DNA of 64,000 bases from Lama glama (Eukaryota): the NCBI GenBank assembly GCA_028534125.1, contig CM052816.1, forward strand, positions 19,594,001 through 19,658,000. The letters are read 5' to 3'. The position numbers and the translations under genes were made by a program. Below the pieces are notes generated by a model. That model was not told where the DNA came from. It worked only from the letters and a program-made list of their open reading frames with translations, and did not search any database. Shown piece after piece: positions 33,101 through 45,477 of this stretch (position 1 is the stretch's first letter; every line of letters starts with the position of its first letter).

Positions 33101-36100
33101 CTAGTCATTAATCAATTAAATATATCACCATAATTTAGAAAAAAATTTTATTTACCTTGGGGAAATATTTGTATAGTCCCATGTACGCAAGTTGTAAAGT
33201 AAGAAATGGAGCAAATATGGACTGTGAAGACAGAAGATAAAGTTACGTATTTCCAGCATAATCATTCAAATAACAATAAATCAAACTAACAGCAGCTATA
33301 AAATTCCAAGCAAAAAAACTAATAAAATATTCAATTTTAGTGGCTTAAAGCAGTCTTGTTTCAGCAAAAGGTGAAGAAAATAAAAGGATTTGATCTGACC
33401 ATAAAATGTTTCTCAAGTCACATTCTTTTAACGTCCCCAGAAATGTCTTCTCTCTTAAAAACTTATCTTTTAAATAACCTAAAGTGTCCTAGGTGACTAA
33501 TGTATGACACATCATGCAGTAACACCTCCCTCATATAGAGGTAATTACCTGACAGTTTGAAAGCACACCTAAAAGGCTCAGTACTCATAACAGACGCTAT
33601 ATACTCCTCACACTTTAGGACAAGAAATTAACTCATCTCTGGCCCTCAAATGACAAGCTATTCTTATTATAAATAAAATGGCTTGGTTATTTCACTTCCC
33701 ACACAATAAAACAGAAAAAAGGATCAAAATAATACTTAATTTATTTCTAAACTTAAAATATTACAAAGGGAGTGAAGGAACAAACATTGCTAGGTGGAAG
33801 AATAGTGAGAGCAGTGAGAAATAGTTGAAAAATTTGACAGTAAAAAAAAAAAACTAACCCAAAAGACAAAAAACTTCACACTAAACGAGGCACAAAAACA
33901 GGATGTAACTTTAAAAGCATGAAAGTACAAAGCCTTTTAGATAAAAGTAGCAGCTATACATCTCACTAAATGCTAAAAGCTATGATGACAATGTACTATC
34001 AGGGGAAAAAAGATCAAATCTGTTAAACAGATTCTCTTTAAGGAAAAACTGGCATAAAAGTAGATATTTTTAAAACTTTTTTGCTTGATAACATAAACCT
34101 TAATTATCTGGAAAATTTACTTATGTACCTAGGACTCGGTTCATATTCTTAAAATGTCTACTGAATGGAAATACCTCAAAGAACAAGACACTGAACTATG
34201 AGTTATACTTTTCTTCTTTCTTCCACATACTAAAACAAAAGGACCAGTAAGTCCTAATGTTCATTGAACAGCCATTGGCTATTATGACAGTATTAACAAC
34301 ATTGTAAAAAGTTGAATGCCTTCAAACCACAGAAAAATTACATCATGTTCATAGGAACTGCATTTTAATGTTTCAAATTATTTGAAAAATGATAATTAAT
34401 ATATGGTATCTGCAGGTACTTTACCCTTTGGTTTTGGAAAGAAACTGCCTGGGTTTAATCTCAGCTATCACTTAGCTGTGTGACTCTGGGCAAATGATTT
34501 AACCTGAGTCATTCCCTCATCTAAAAAAACACAAATTCAAATGATACCTGGTTCATAAGGATGAGGTTAAATGAATATAGGTAAAGTACTTAAAACTGGA
34601 CTTAGTATGTAAAAAGATTTTAGCAATTATCAGGCTCTGTGTTTAAGCAGAACACCTCATTCTATACCCAAGGTGAAGAGCAGTTTATAACACATCTTCA
34701 AACAGCCATGTGAATATGGTAAGTATTACGTTAATATTGGCAATGAATCCTATGGATTGAAAGTACTCATTACTACAACCAGTGTGTACTTTCCACTACG
34801 TCTCTTACCAAGTATTTGCAAACAAAAGCTCTGACTCCAAAGGCAAGAAGAGCACATCCCACCAATCTAAAGATTCGAAAAGAGTCAAATTCTTCTGTTG
34901 TATTTCCATCCTCTTGATTGGGTTTCTCACTAATCAGCTGTTTCCTTAGCTTCATTGCTTCTTCAAATCTGGAGAGGTACTGTTCTAGGCCATGGCGAGA
35001 ACCCCTCTGGGCGGTATCTGCTGTCAGGTCCCCTCTGTTCCGCTGCCGGAGCTCAAGGCTTATATCATTACTGCACTCAGAAGGTTTAATGAAAGAGTCC
35101 AATTTGTCTCCCAGCTGAGTCCCCTTTACCTCTGGCACACCACTCTGCTGGTCAGTTGCTCCTGCACTGATCGAATCACCCAGCACTACTCGCTTAGAAA
35201 CCGAAGGAATGGTGAGGGAGTTCAATTTATCACTGTCCTGCTGCTTTGATTTTGTTTGGCTTTCTTCTTCTGAGGAAAAGAAATTTAGAAACCTTATGTA
35301 TTACATACTGGCAAACACCTTTCTAATTATTATTTTAAAATATGCCGGTACAGCTAGAACTTGGCAACCTTTGAATCTAAATTAATACTGATTCTTCATA
35401 AAACAAAGTAGTTCCTTTCTCTACGCATTCAAACATCAAAGGGAGTATTCCTTCAGAGGATATAATCCAAACTTTGAGGGTAAAAGATAAGGCTATTGGA
35501 CAAATTGGGAAAGAGAGTGAGGGATGGAGCCAAGCTATAAAGACCAAGTTTTCTTGGATAATATATCTCAGAAGTATGACTGCATTGCCTGCTCTAGCTT
35601 ATTTGGTTAAAAATATTAAATTAGTAAAGCTTTAAAAAATCTGTATTTTAATATCACACGTCTAAATCCAGAGTCCTGTAAGCACAGGGTGTGGCATATC
35701 TTACAGCTACTGTTTATGTAATCTTTCTACAGCAGTCAAGGAGCCATCAATAGACGGGCACTTGAGTAGTTTTAGATGCTGTTAGGTTTAAAACAAAGAA
35801 AAAAATTTTAATGCCAAATAAAATTAAAATTTCAAAGCAAAAGAAAAAATATACAATGTTCTTCGAGAAAGAAAATAAATGTTTTAGGAACGAAAAAAAA
35901 TCCTGCTATTAATCCTCATAGGGGAAAATAGGTCGACTGTTCTACAATTTGAAATAGTGCTCTTACCTCTCTTGGTATTTTTCAGTCGCAAACCTGTGAA
36001 ATGTCTAAAAGTTCAGAGCTATATATCTTAAGTCCCACAGACAGAAATCACAAAGATCCATGGAACTTGCAACCAGTGACTTAAAGCCATCATTACTAAC

Positions 36101-37090
36101 GGCAATGCTCAAAAGAAACTTGGCACATACTTAACACATACTAAGTGTTCGATAATACTGACATGAAAAAGTTTTAATAAATTCATTGTACATGTTATTG
36201 GGGGAGAAATGAGGAACTCTCTTCAGGGTTAGACGCAGTTCCTGACATCACGCACATCAATCTCAGCACAGTAACGGAGAAGACCTCAGATGGGTATGTC
36301 CCACTTGTTGGGTCTATAAAGAATGGGCGCTGCAATTTTTTTCCACCAGTTTTATAAGGCCTGTAGATGAGAGTGTTGAGGGTACCAAACACAGACACTA
36401 GGATACGACCAGAAGAGTCCCTGATTCACGTGGGAAGGACTAGGGAGGCAGCTCATGTGGGCCGAGTTATAGCAAAGGCAAAAGAAGATAGACGATAGGG
36501 AAGGCAATGGAAGGAAAAGCATTTGGAACATAAAGAAAAGAAGGCAATCTTCCCGAGGTACACAATAGACAGCAGTCTACGGATAAAATGTGCGTTCTTA
36601 AAGAGAGGCCGGGGAGGGGCCATCTCACGCTAACTTGGCAGAAGACACCACGGCAGACGGTCTCAGGAGAGAAGGCTTCGCAGCACGTGGCGCAGATGGG
36701 GGCAACCTCAGGGCGAACCCCTTGGGAAACTGAGAGAGACTAGATATGTCCTGGGGTTTAGAAATGAGAACTTGGGGCCTCACCAAAGGGGCGGGGCCGG
36801 ACGGGAGGTCAGAGAGTAGGACTTGGTCGAAAAGGTCAGCGGGGTGGAGGAGACAAACAAGAATGATCTCGAACACTCAAAGGGATGGGCAGAAGACTGG
36901 GGAAACGGAGGTTCTCACCCGCGCTGCTCCCAGGCCTGTGAAAGCCCATGATCCGATTGATGCGCTGTTCAGAATTCATGAGCAGCTTTCTCCGCCGCAG
37001 CTCGGCCCGACGCTGCGAAGCCGACAGGCCTGAGACCGCCGGGGCCCCCGGCCTGTCCCCGCTGTCGGTAGCGACGGCGACCGGCTCCAT
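29922..37090 (-). CDS. CAMLG: CAMLG (calcium-modulating ligand, GET2 counterpart of the GET/TRC insertase), complete CDS of 4 exons, 296 aa
   Basis: Exons of 172+461+66+192 = 891 nt; N-terminal basic motif [28 protein letters not shown]-terminal hydrophobic TM segments; ends GSEVP*. Confidence 0.97.
30905..31690 (+). mobile_element. L1MC-like 3' region
   Basis: GGAAACAACCCAGGTGTCCATCAA...GAATCTCAAAAATATTATGC...GTGTTCACTG...CTTTCAACTTTTCTGT. Confidence 0.7.
32706..32855 (+). mobile_element. tRNA-derived SINE (Vic-1-like) with internal (CA)n
   Basis: A/B boxes; flanking TAAATAAAG repeat. Confidence 0.85.
33156..33221 (-). CDS. CAMLG: CAMLG exon 3 (66 nt)
   Basis: CACAG|TCC ATA TTT GCT CCA...[34 protein letters not shown]. 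Confidence 0.95.
34430..34630 (+). mobile_element. MIR relic
   Basis: CTGCCTGGGTTTAATCTCAGCT...TAGCTGTGTGACTCTGGGCAAATGATTTAACCT. Confidence 0.65.
34809..35269 (-). CDS. CAMLG: CAMLG exon 2 (461 nt)
   Basis: CCTCAG|AA GAA GAA AGC...TAC TTG|GTAAGA; matches ORF 34773..35225. Confidence 0.96.
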
Positions 37091-37560
37091 CTTCCCCTCC
37101 GCAATCAAGGAATGGTGACCGTGGCGGCGGCAGCGGCGGCTGCGCGGAGGCCTTCAGGCCCAGCCGCAGAGCGCGCGTCCCCCGCCTCTGTAGACCCGCC
37201 TCCCGAGCGCACGTCCGGAGATGCGGACTAAGCACGCGCGCCGCCTGACGCGACCAAGTGCGAGTCTTGCGCCGCCATATTGAATGAGGGCATCAGTGGG
37301 TGCCCCAGTTCTTCCCACCTGGGCTGGCCCTAGTTCTTCCTCTTCCCCGCCACCAAGCTCACCTGCTGTTCACTCGGAGGTAAAGAAAATCGCCACCCAG
37401 ATTGATGCTTGGGAAAGGAATGTGAGCGGGGCATAGACACTTTCAAGCTGGTGCCAGGAAGCAAAATGGAGGTTGCAGCGACAGGCCCTGGTTTCCAATA
37501 ACCCCCTGCAGCCTTGCTTGTAAGTCTTGGGAATACGTAACTTCGAGAGCGACGCTTTTT
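36600..37560 (-). promoter_or_regulatory. CAMLG: CAMLG CpG-island promoter
   Basis: CpG-rich region around exon 1; YY1-type GCCGCCATATTG at 37271-37282; GC box GGGCGGGG near 36788. Confidence 0.85.
36919..37090 (-). CDS. CAMLG: CAMLG exon 1, coding part (172 nt)
   Basis: GGGAAG-ATG GAG CCG...AGC GCG G|GTGAGA. Confidence 0.95.
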
Positions 37561-37879
37561 AGGGGTTGTTGAGTTTGTAATTTTTTTCTTGGTTCTGACT
37601 TCTGGTCTTCAACCGCGCTTCTGGTTTGTTCCAGGCGGTCCTCAGGTCTTTGTTTAATATTTTCCTAGTGAAGCCTTCCTTGTCCATTCTACTTGCTACC
37701 CCCTCCCCGCCAGATTCCCTATTCTTACATGCCTTTTCTCCTTAATGCTTATAACTGACTAGCAAGCTGAATGTATTTCTTTTATTGTCTGCTTCTCACT
37801 AAATAAAACGTAATCTTAATGAAGACAAGCACTGTGTTTTGTTCAGGGCTGCAACTCGTCGATTATTGTGGGCGCTCAG

Positions 37880-38133
37880 CAGGGCCGTCTTATCCATTAG
37901 GCCATGTTGAGGGCCCACGATTGGAAACCAAGAAAATGTTTTAATATGAATTTCATTTAAAATGAGAAGAAAAATGTACTAATAATTTTATATAACGATG
38001 AACCCAATCTGGATTGTAGTCGTCCTTATAACAACACAGTCATAAAAAATACAATTTTAAGTATGCTTTTATGGAGAAAGGATCCCACGAAAGCAAAGCA
38101 CCTAGGGCCCATAAAAGTCATAGTGCAGCCCTG
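37880..38133 (+). mobile_element. hAT-Tip100 non-autonomous element (ORSL-like)
   Basis: Terminal inverted repeats CAGGGC...GCCCTG, internal GGGCCCA(C/T) repeats, exact 8-bp TSD GCGCTCAG. Confidence 0.8.
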
Positions 38134-40055
38134 GCGCTCAGTAATGACTAAGTGAATGAGTAAAAGAAAGACAGAATTGGAACACCCGTCAACCCTTGCT
38201 GGCAGGACGCCATGGTAAGTTCACACTTAAGGCTGCAAGGGGGTGAAGCAGCCTAGTTATGTCTCCTGCAACGAAGCCTGCTCTGCAAGCCTGCTCAAAA
38301 TCAGGAGGTGGATGAAACTCTACTTGGGCAGAAGGCAATAAATACTATTTTCATGGTAATAAATACTATTTTCACCTGTTAGTCACCTGACCTCATCCCA
38401 GACAGAAAAAGATTTTGGAAAAAAAATGTAAAAACAAACAACTTATCTTTTGGATTCAACACCATAAGGAGCTCAAGTGTGAGCACTGAACATTCCCCCT
38501 TGATTGGATGAAAGCTAAATCCCAGGGACATGACCTAGTTAATAATTTTAAAGCGTTAGAAAAGGTTCCCCTCCATATCTGTACAGACCTACATCTAGGG
38601 CCCAGACTGTAGCTTAAAACAATTCTCCAATTGAAATAATTAAATACTAGTAATAAATGTGAATATGAGGTAAAGTTCTGATGAGTCAAGACTAAATACA
38701 ATCCCAGGGTAAACAAGATTTTTTTCTCATTCAAGGTAGCACGTAGAAGCCAAATGAATATTCTGATTCTTGGTGACTGATGTAGCCAGGTAAGAATTTA
38801 AAGTGTCAAGATGTCATATTACATGCTTACTTATTTCTGGGGAACCATTTTCCCATGGGGTTTCCATAATTAGTAAACTTCCTAGTGCATCTCAGTGATA
38901 TATGTGATTCTTTGATAAATAATGTGCATACTTAATGATTCTTGTGTTAAATTCTGTCCACCTCACTATAGACTTCACAAGGCAAGCCCACCTCTATTTT
39001 TTTTTTAATTTACCACTTTGCCCCAAGCCTAGCACTGAGACCACTAGATTACATTTACCTGAATAGAATTTTTTTAGAGTGTCAAAACTTGGCATTTCCA
39101 GTGAGTTTTATGTATAATTTTTATTTGATCCTAGCATTGTGCAGGTAGACTATTATTAATACTTTATTGATAAACTAGCTACAAAGATGAACAGATTGAA
39201 TTATAAGTAATAAAACTAGAATTCAGTTTTTGGGGTTAAATTTAGGCAGTAAGTTCATGCTTACTCCTGTCTACTACATATAGCAATAACAATAACAGTT
39301 AAAATATAAAGGGAAGAAAAGAAACAGCTGGTCTCAAAAACAAGAGAAACATTTCAGCAGATACATGGAGCTAGTCAGGTACCTGTTGTGCTGCAGATCC
39401 AGAAGCAGGCAATGGTAGCACATTGTGTGTGTAAGAGGAACTGAAAGTGCTCCTCATGAGACAAAAGGATGAACAGGACAAACTCACTGCTTGAGGTCTG
39501 CCATCCCTCCAGAAATATTCAAAAATATCATTTGTTGTTGATACACATAGCCTTGGACTTTTTTAGCTTAATAAATAGACAGGCAGACGAGAGGACAAGA
39601 CTTCCCACTGTTGGTGACTAGAATGGTGATATCCCCAAATTATTGCAGGACAAGAGCCCTAAAACACCACCATGAGTCCTAGTTTGGGGCAGATGCAACT
39701 AAAACACCCATAGACAGGGAGGGGGAAAGCTTGGACAGAGAGAGAGGAGCTAAAATGAAAATAACAACCCTCTCAATCAGATGAGACTAGAAACCCAAAT
39801 TCTAACAAACATGAAGAAATACAACATTTAAATTCTACCAGATGAATTAAAAATTGGAATTGGAATTCACTCCAGAATTTTATAGGACAGTATTAATAAA
39901 TTATTGACCAAAATAGGCAGAAATTAAAACCAGAGTTAGTTATGCAAATATAAAATTCAATAAATGAGATTAACTCAAATATAGACATAGTTACAAGAGT
40001 AATTAGTGAAAACATACATCTAAAAGGAAATCTGAGGGTAAAAAAAAATAGAGGG

Positions 40056-41884
40056 GTGGTGTTGGGAAACCTGGACAGCTGCATGTAAATCAATGTAGAA
40101 CACTCCCTCACACCATATACAAAAATAAACTCAAAATGGCTTAAAGACTTAAACATAAGACAGGACACCATAAATCTAGAAGAGACCATAAGCAAAACAT
40201 TCTGACTTAAATTGTAGCAATGTTTTCCTTGGGCAGTCTACCCAGACATTAGACATAAAAGCAAAAGTAAACAAATGAGGCCTAATTAAACTTGTAAGTT
40301 TTTGCAGAGCAAAGGAAACCATAAAAGAAATGAAAAGACAACCTATGGATTGGGAAAAAATATTTGCAAACAGTGCGACTGACAAGGGCTTAACTTCCAG
40401 AATATATGAACAGTTCATACAAATCAATAACAAAAAAATAAACAATCCAATCAAAACATGGGCAGAAGACTCAGGCATGTCTCCAATGAAGACATACAAA
40501 TGGCCAGTAGGCACATAAAAAGATGCTCAATACCGCTAATTATCAGAAAAATGTGACTCAAAACTGCAATAAGGTATCACCTCACACCAGTCAGAATGGC
40601 CATCGTTAAAAAGTCCACAAACGGTAAATGCTGGAGGGTGTGGAGAAAAGGTAACCCTGTTACACTGTTGGTGAGAATGTAGTTTGGTGAGCCATTACAG
40701 AAAACAGTATGGAGATTCCTTAAAAAACTAAAAATAGTTACTATATGATCCAGGGATCCCACTCCTATGCATTTATCTGGCAGAAACTCTAATTCAGAAA
40801 GATATATACACCCCAATGTTCATAGCAGCACTTGTAGGCCTCCGCCTGAAGGCTCTAGAGAATAAGCCATGGGCTGAACTGATAAACAAGCTGTGAGAAA
40901 TGTCACGTAGCTGGCTGGATAAGAGATGGCCTATTTAATGTATCCAGTATGGACGGCTGGATAGCCAATGACGGGTAAGATCCTCAGAGGAGGACAACCT
41001 AAGACAGGCACAGCCAGCTGGATAAGAGATGGCCTACTTAATGAAGTTTTGTGACAAACTTTAAAACAATCTGTCCTTGATCATGTAACATCCTGTGCTT
41101 ACTGCAGGAACCTGGGAACCTAAATAGCTTAAGATTATTGACATTGTTATAACTTAGATGGTATGTGAGGCATCATGCATGTCCTATATAAACCCTTTTA
41201 CAAGAATCAATAAACAGAGAACTGCTTCGCTTCTCTCCGCACGGTGTTCCTGTGTACATGATATTGCGCCACCGACAGCACTCTTTACAATAGCCAAGAC
41301 ACGGAAGCAACCTAAGTGTCCACTGACAGATGATTGGATAAAGAAGACATGGTGTGTGTGTGTGTGTGTGTATGTTTTATATATATACATATGAATTCAT
41401 ATATATATATGAATACTACCTAGCCATAAAAAGAATGAAATAATGCCATTTGCAGCAACACAGATGGACCTACAGATAGCATTCCAAGTAAGCCGGACAA
41501 AGAAAGACAAATATCACATGATATCACTTATATGTGGAGTCTAAAAAAATGAAACAAATAAACTTACAAAACAAAAAAAGACTCAGACACAGAAAACAAA
41601 CTTATGGTTACCAAAGGGGAAATGTGGGGAGAGGGCTAAATTAGGAGTTTCGGACTAGAAGATACAAACTATTATATATAAAATAGATAAACAAGGACCT
41701 ACCGTATAGCACAGGAAACTACACTCAATATCTTATAATGACCTATCATGAAAAAGAATATATGTATATGTATATGTGTGTGTTTGTGTGTGTATATATA
41801 TATGTGTATGGAATCTCTATGCTGTACACCAGAAACTAACACATTGTAAATCAACTATACTTCAATAAAAATACATATATAAAG
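40056..41884 (+). mobile_element. 5'-truncated L1 (ORF2 3' part plus 3'UTR) interrupted by a solo LTR
   Basis: ORF2-like translation ([27 protein letters not shown]); AATAAA tail; flanking AATAGAGGG duplication. Confidence 0.85.
40833..41277 (+). mobile_element. ERV solo LTR (445 bp)
   Basis: TG...CA ends (TGTAGG/CCGACA), exact 5-bp TSD GCACT, TATATAA at 41185, AATAAA at 41209. Confidence 0.85.
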
Positions 41885-42509
41885 AATAGAGGGAATGACA
41901 GAGAAGCAAATATTCAAATATTTTTAAAGAAAATTGCTTTATATGTCAATTATACCTACATTTTAAAAATAAATAAAGATTTAAAAAGTAACAATTTTCC
42001 AGAATTGAAGATAGACAAGGATCTTTGGATTAAAGCGCACTCTGAAAAACAAGCAGGATAAACAATAGACTCAGAGTAGTAAGGCTATTAAAATTACAGA
42101 TTGTAAAGGATAAAAGAAAAATCTTAAAAGCTAATAGATCAGCTTCAAATGAACAATTAGACTGACGGTAGGTACAAAAGGGTCCAGAAGACAATGCTGT
42201 AGTATCTTAAACACACTTAAACAAGAATAAAAAAATAAAGATGTAAAAACCCATTTGATCTAGAATTTTAAACTTTGCTATTCTTAAAGAGTGAACATCA
42301 AGAATTCAGATTATTGACACAACATTGTGACCTGGGGGTATACTTCAATAAAAAAGAGAAAATAAGTATTAGGGTTATGATCTCCCAGACACCAACTTAG
42401 ATTTAATGCACCTTCATTGATAGTTTTCCATTGACTTAATAGGTTGCACAACATAGCAGTACTCAGTGACTACCTAGTTATTCATATGAATTTAAATAAT
42501 CACAACACG

Positions 42510-45362
42510 TAAGCTCTTTCAATTAACTTTATTGAATAGCCAAAGTGATAAGTTAGCACAATTCAAATGATTATTTGCATGGGTTACAAATGATTTTTTT
42601 TTACAGGAATAAAACACTGAAAATTACAAACTGTAAAAAGGAAGACAAATCTTGTCTCTAATGTTTCAGAGAGGCAAGATTTCACACAGCACATTGAAGA
42701 TCAATACATACTTGAATCTGAAAACAACTTAATGTTACAATATTATACACTACTTTACAAAATTAAAATTTCTATATAAGGATTATATTTGTAATAGTTA
42801 ACAAAATCTTGAAATCACATTTGGTGGTCCCCTAGATAATAGTTGTTATGCATCTTTGATTAGAAGAAATAAATCTTTTATTCTAATTATTGTAAAACAG
42901 TCTATTAGACTCAATACATTACATTAAATTAAAACAATGAGATATATGCAAACTAAAATAAATGGTACAGCTTGAGTGAATATTAATGTGTCAGACTTAC
43001 AGAAATGTTATTTTAAAAATCCTAGAAATTAGAAAAATAGAGTACTTTTAATGATAGAACTGCCATGCTCAGATTTAAATACCAAGATTGCCCTTGTCAG
43101 TTACATTAGTAGTTGTAGATCCGTATAAAATTCAAGGATCTTTCATAATTTACAACTACAATAAAAAAAAATGGCATAGTGTAAATATTAGTTGCTTTAC
43201 ATTAAAAAGTAATAGAAGATGGGATAGCAGGTAGTGCCCTACTGAAAAACACAGAACAAGAAAGGAAAAAAAACCTAAACTAAAAAACACATTCCATATT
43301 ACAAAAAATAATTGCTTAATATCAGTATCGCCAAAAGGTTCATTCATTCCCTCACTACTGGGAGAACAAATATTGTAAGTTGTTACTAAAGTTATTTTTT
43401 TTATGACCTGGCTATTATAAAATTATTCTGGATTGCACATGTTATGTAATATCTAAAATAATTTTTTAAAGTAAATTTGTGAAACAGACTAACAAAACAT
43501 GTTGTAATAACAAGAGTCATACCCACTTAGGGATGAAGTGAGGCACGAGGAAGATTATTGTCCCTAAAAATCACAAACTTTTCCATCTGGAAGATTCTTT
43601 ACTACTATTAAAAAAGGACCTACAATATCAACATTTAAAATTCACATTATGAACAGAATTTTAATTACTTTAAGAAACATCAGTGCATAATAATGACTCT
43701 CAGTTCTTTAGAAGAGGGGAAAATATAAATGTACTCTAATTAGCTACAATTTGAAAATTGCTTCCTAATAAATGAAGCAGCTTTCAAGAAAATTTCCAGT
43801 TCAATGTACCACTTGCATACTGCAAATAAACCTAAACACTGCTTAAGGGACATAGTATTTTTGTAGAACACAATTATTCTGATCTAGCTGGCAAGCAGTA
43901 GTGTATACTCTGGAAGGACCTGTTTTTTCCCTATCCCAAAACAATTCAGTTAAAGTCAGCTCACATTGATGTAAACCTGAAAGTTACTATTTCATTGGTG
44001 ATCATATGAGATCAAGATTGTAAACACATTTTTCTAACCCATTAAAACAAAGAAAAAAAGTCTTTTCATCAAGTATTAATCATGAACAACTTTTAAGAAG
44101 TTCATACAAGACAAGATGAATCTGTGGAAACTGGGCCAAACTCTTTTAAAGGTATTCTATCACAGCACTTCATATTTATACAGATGTATAATTTACCTAT
44201 TTGTAAACAAAATTCACTTAACAGTTCTGACTATAATGTTTCTCTGGCTGAATCAAAAAAGCAGTCTCTTGAGTAGGTTCAGAAATCAAGTTTCTTTCAT
44301 AACTTCCATATATTGGATTTGTGTAATCTTAATAATCACTAAACCAAACAGCAGCATTCATGCTTTAATAAGTTTTAATATCCAAGAATAAATATCTTAT
44401 GACCAGCTTCCAATTAAACTCCTTAGAAAAATGTTATTAATGCATTTGAGACAGCACTTAAGAAACCTTTAATTTCTTTCATTCATCTTCATTTCACCAA
44501 TATAATGCTTTTATTATACATCACAGAGCAGAAACATACCAAATAAAACCCACTTAAAGGATCCAGATAATTAAAGTTTCTCTTTTCCCTATTATCGTTG
44601 CCAGTTCCACCATATTTATGAAGACAGCTCAGATTCTTTTCACTGCTGAATAAGATAGTGTCCAACCAAGTCTTCTGCAGTCAAATCAGAAAACCACTTA
44701 TAGTTTTCACTTCAAATCAGTGACTTTGTTCTTCAAGTATAGAAAATACTGATTTTAAAGCTTGACTGTATTACTTCATATTCTTCTCAAGTGAGACTAG
44801 AGTTAGTTTACTCTAGCTTTAGTTAACATGATGATCCTTTTTCTTCCTTAAAAAACAGCTGTGGGGAATGGATTCTAGTTTTTCTACATACTATTTACTT
44901 CTGAATTTTATTTATTTTAAAAAGATCATTATCAATGGATTTGTAATTTCCCTGGAACACTCAGTCTTGTGAGGTTTTAAATGTAGCAGCCAAAAATTCA
45001 GAAAAAAATGAGAAATATACATTTGGAACACAGAAGTCTTTATTTTACAAAATGTACTTTGCCTCTGCAATATTGTCTTATTTCACTCCATAACAACTCA
45101 AACATAATTGGCAGCAAAGGAAAAAAGTATCCAATCATTTACAGATATATTTTGATTTGAAAAATACAGTATTTCAGACTTGCATGTTTGATTCTCTGCT
45201 GTGGTCCTTTATTTGCTATAGTTTGTTGAAATCACAGTGAGAACATATAATCATCACATTAGTCCACAAACTTAATAGAAAAGGAAAGTATTACATATTC
45301 TCAGGTGTTCTGCATTATCATGACTTTCCTTAGAAATAATTAAGCCAAATATCTTCATTTGT
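42510..45362 (-). other. SEC24A: SEC24A 3'UTR (~2.85 kb)
   Basis: AT-rich stretch with no recognisable repeats from the stop codon to AATAAA at 42528-42533, followed by GT-rich GTGTTGTG; L1-like relics start beyond it. Confidence 0.7.
42528..42533 (-). terminator. SEC24A: Probable SEC24A distal polyadenylation signal AATAAA
   Basis: AATAAA followed ~20 nt later by a GU-rich downstream element. Confidence 0.7.
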
Positions 45363-45477
45363 TCATTTATTCACTTGCTGTTGTATATGCAAGAGGAATT
45401 CATAATATGATAATGCAGATTCAGTTCTGTCTTCTACCATATATTGAAGGAAATTTGCTTTCATTGGACTCTCATCC
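45363..45477 (-). CDS. SEC24A: SEC24A last exon, coding part (115 nt including TGA)
   Basis: CATAAG|G GAT GAG AGT CCA...GTG AAT AAA TGA. Confidence 0.95.

Noticed and set aside
36625..37235. Additional ORFs around CAMLG exon 1
   Set aside because: GC-rich artefacts; only 36919-37090 is supported by protein similarity and a splice donor
39893..40816. ORFs of 62-112 aa in the SEC24A-CAMLG intergenic region, and 60414..60776
   Set aside because: Sense or antisense fragments of decayed L1 ORF2
41378..41412. Palindrome centred on GAATTC
   Set aside because: Arises from (AT)n simple repeats inside an L1
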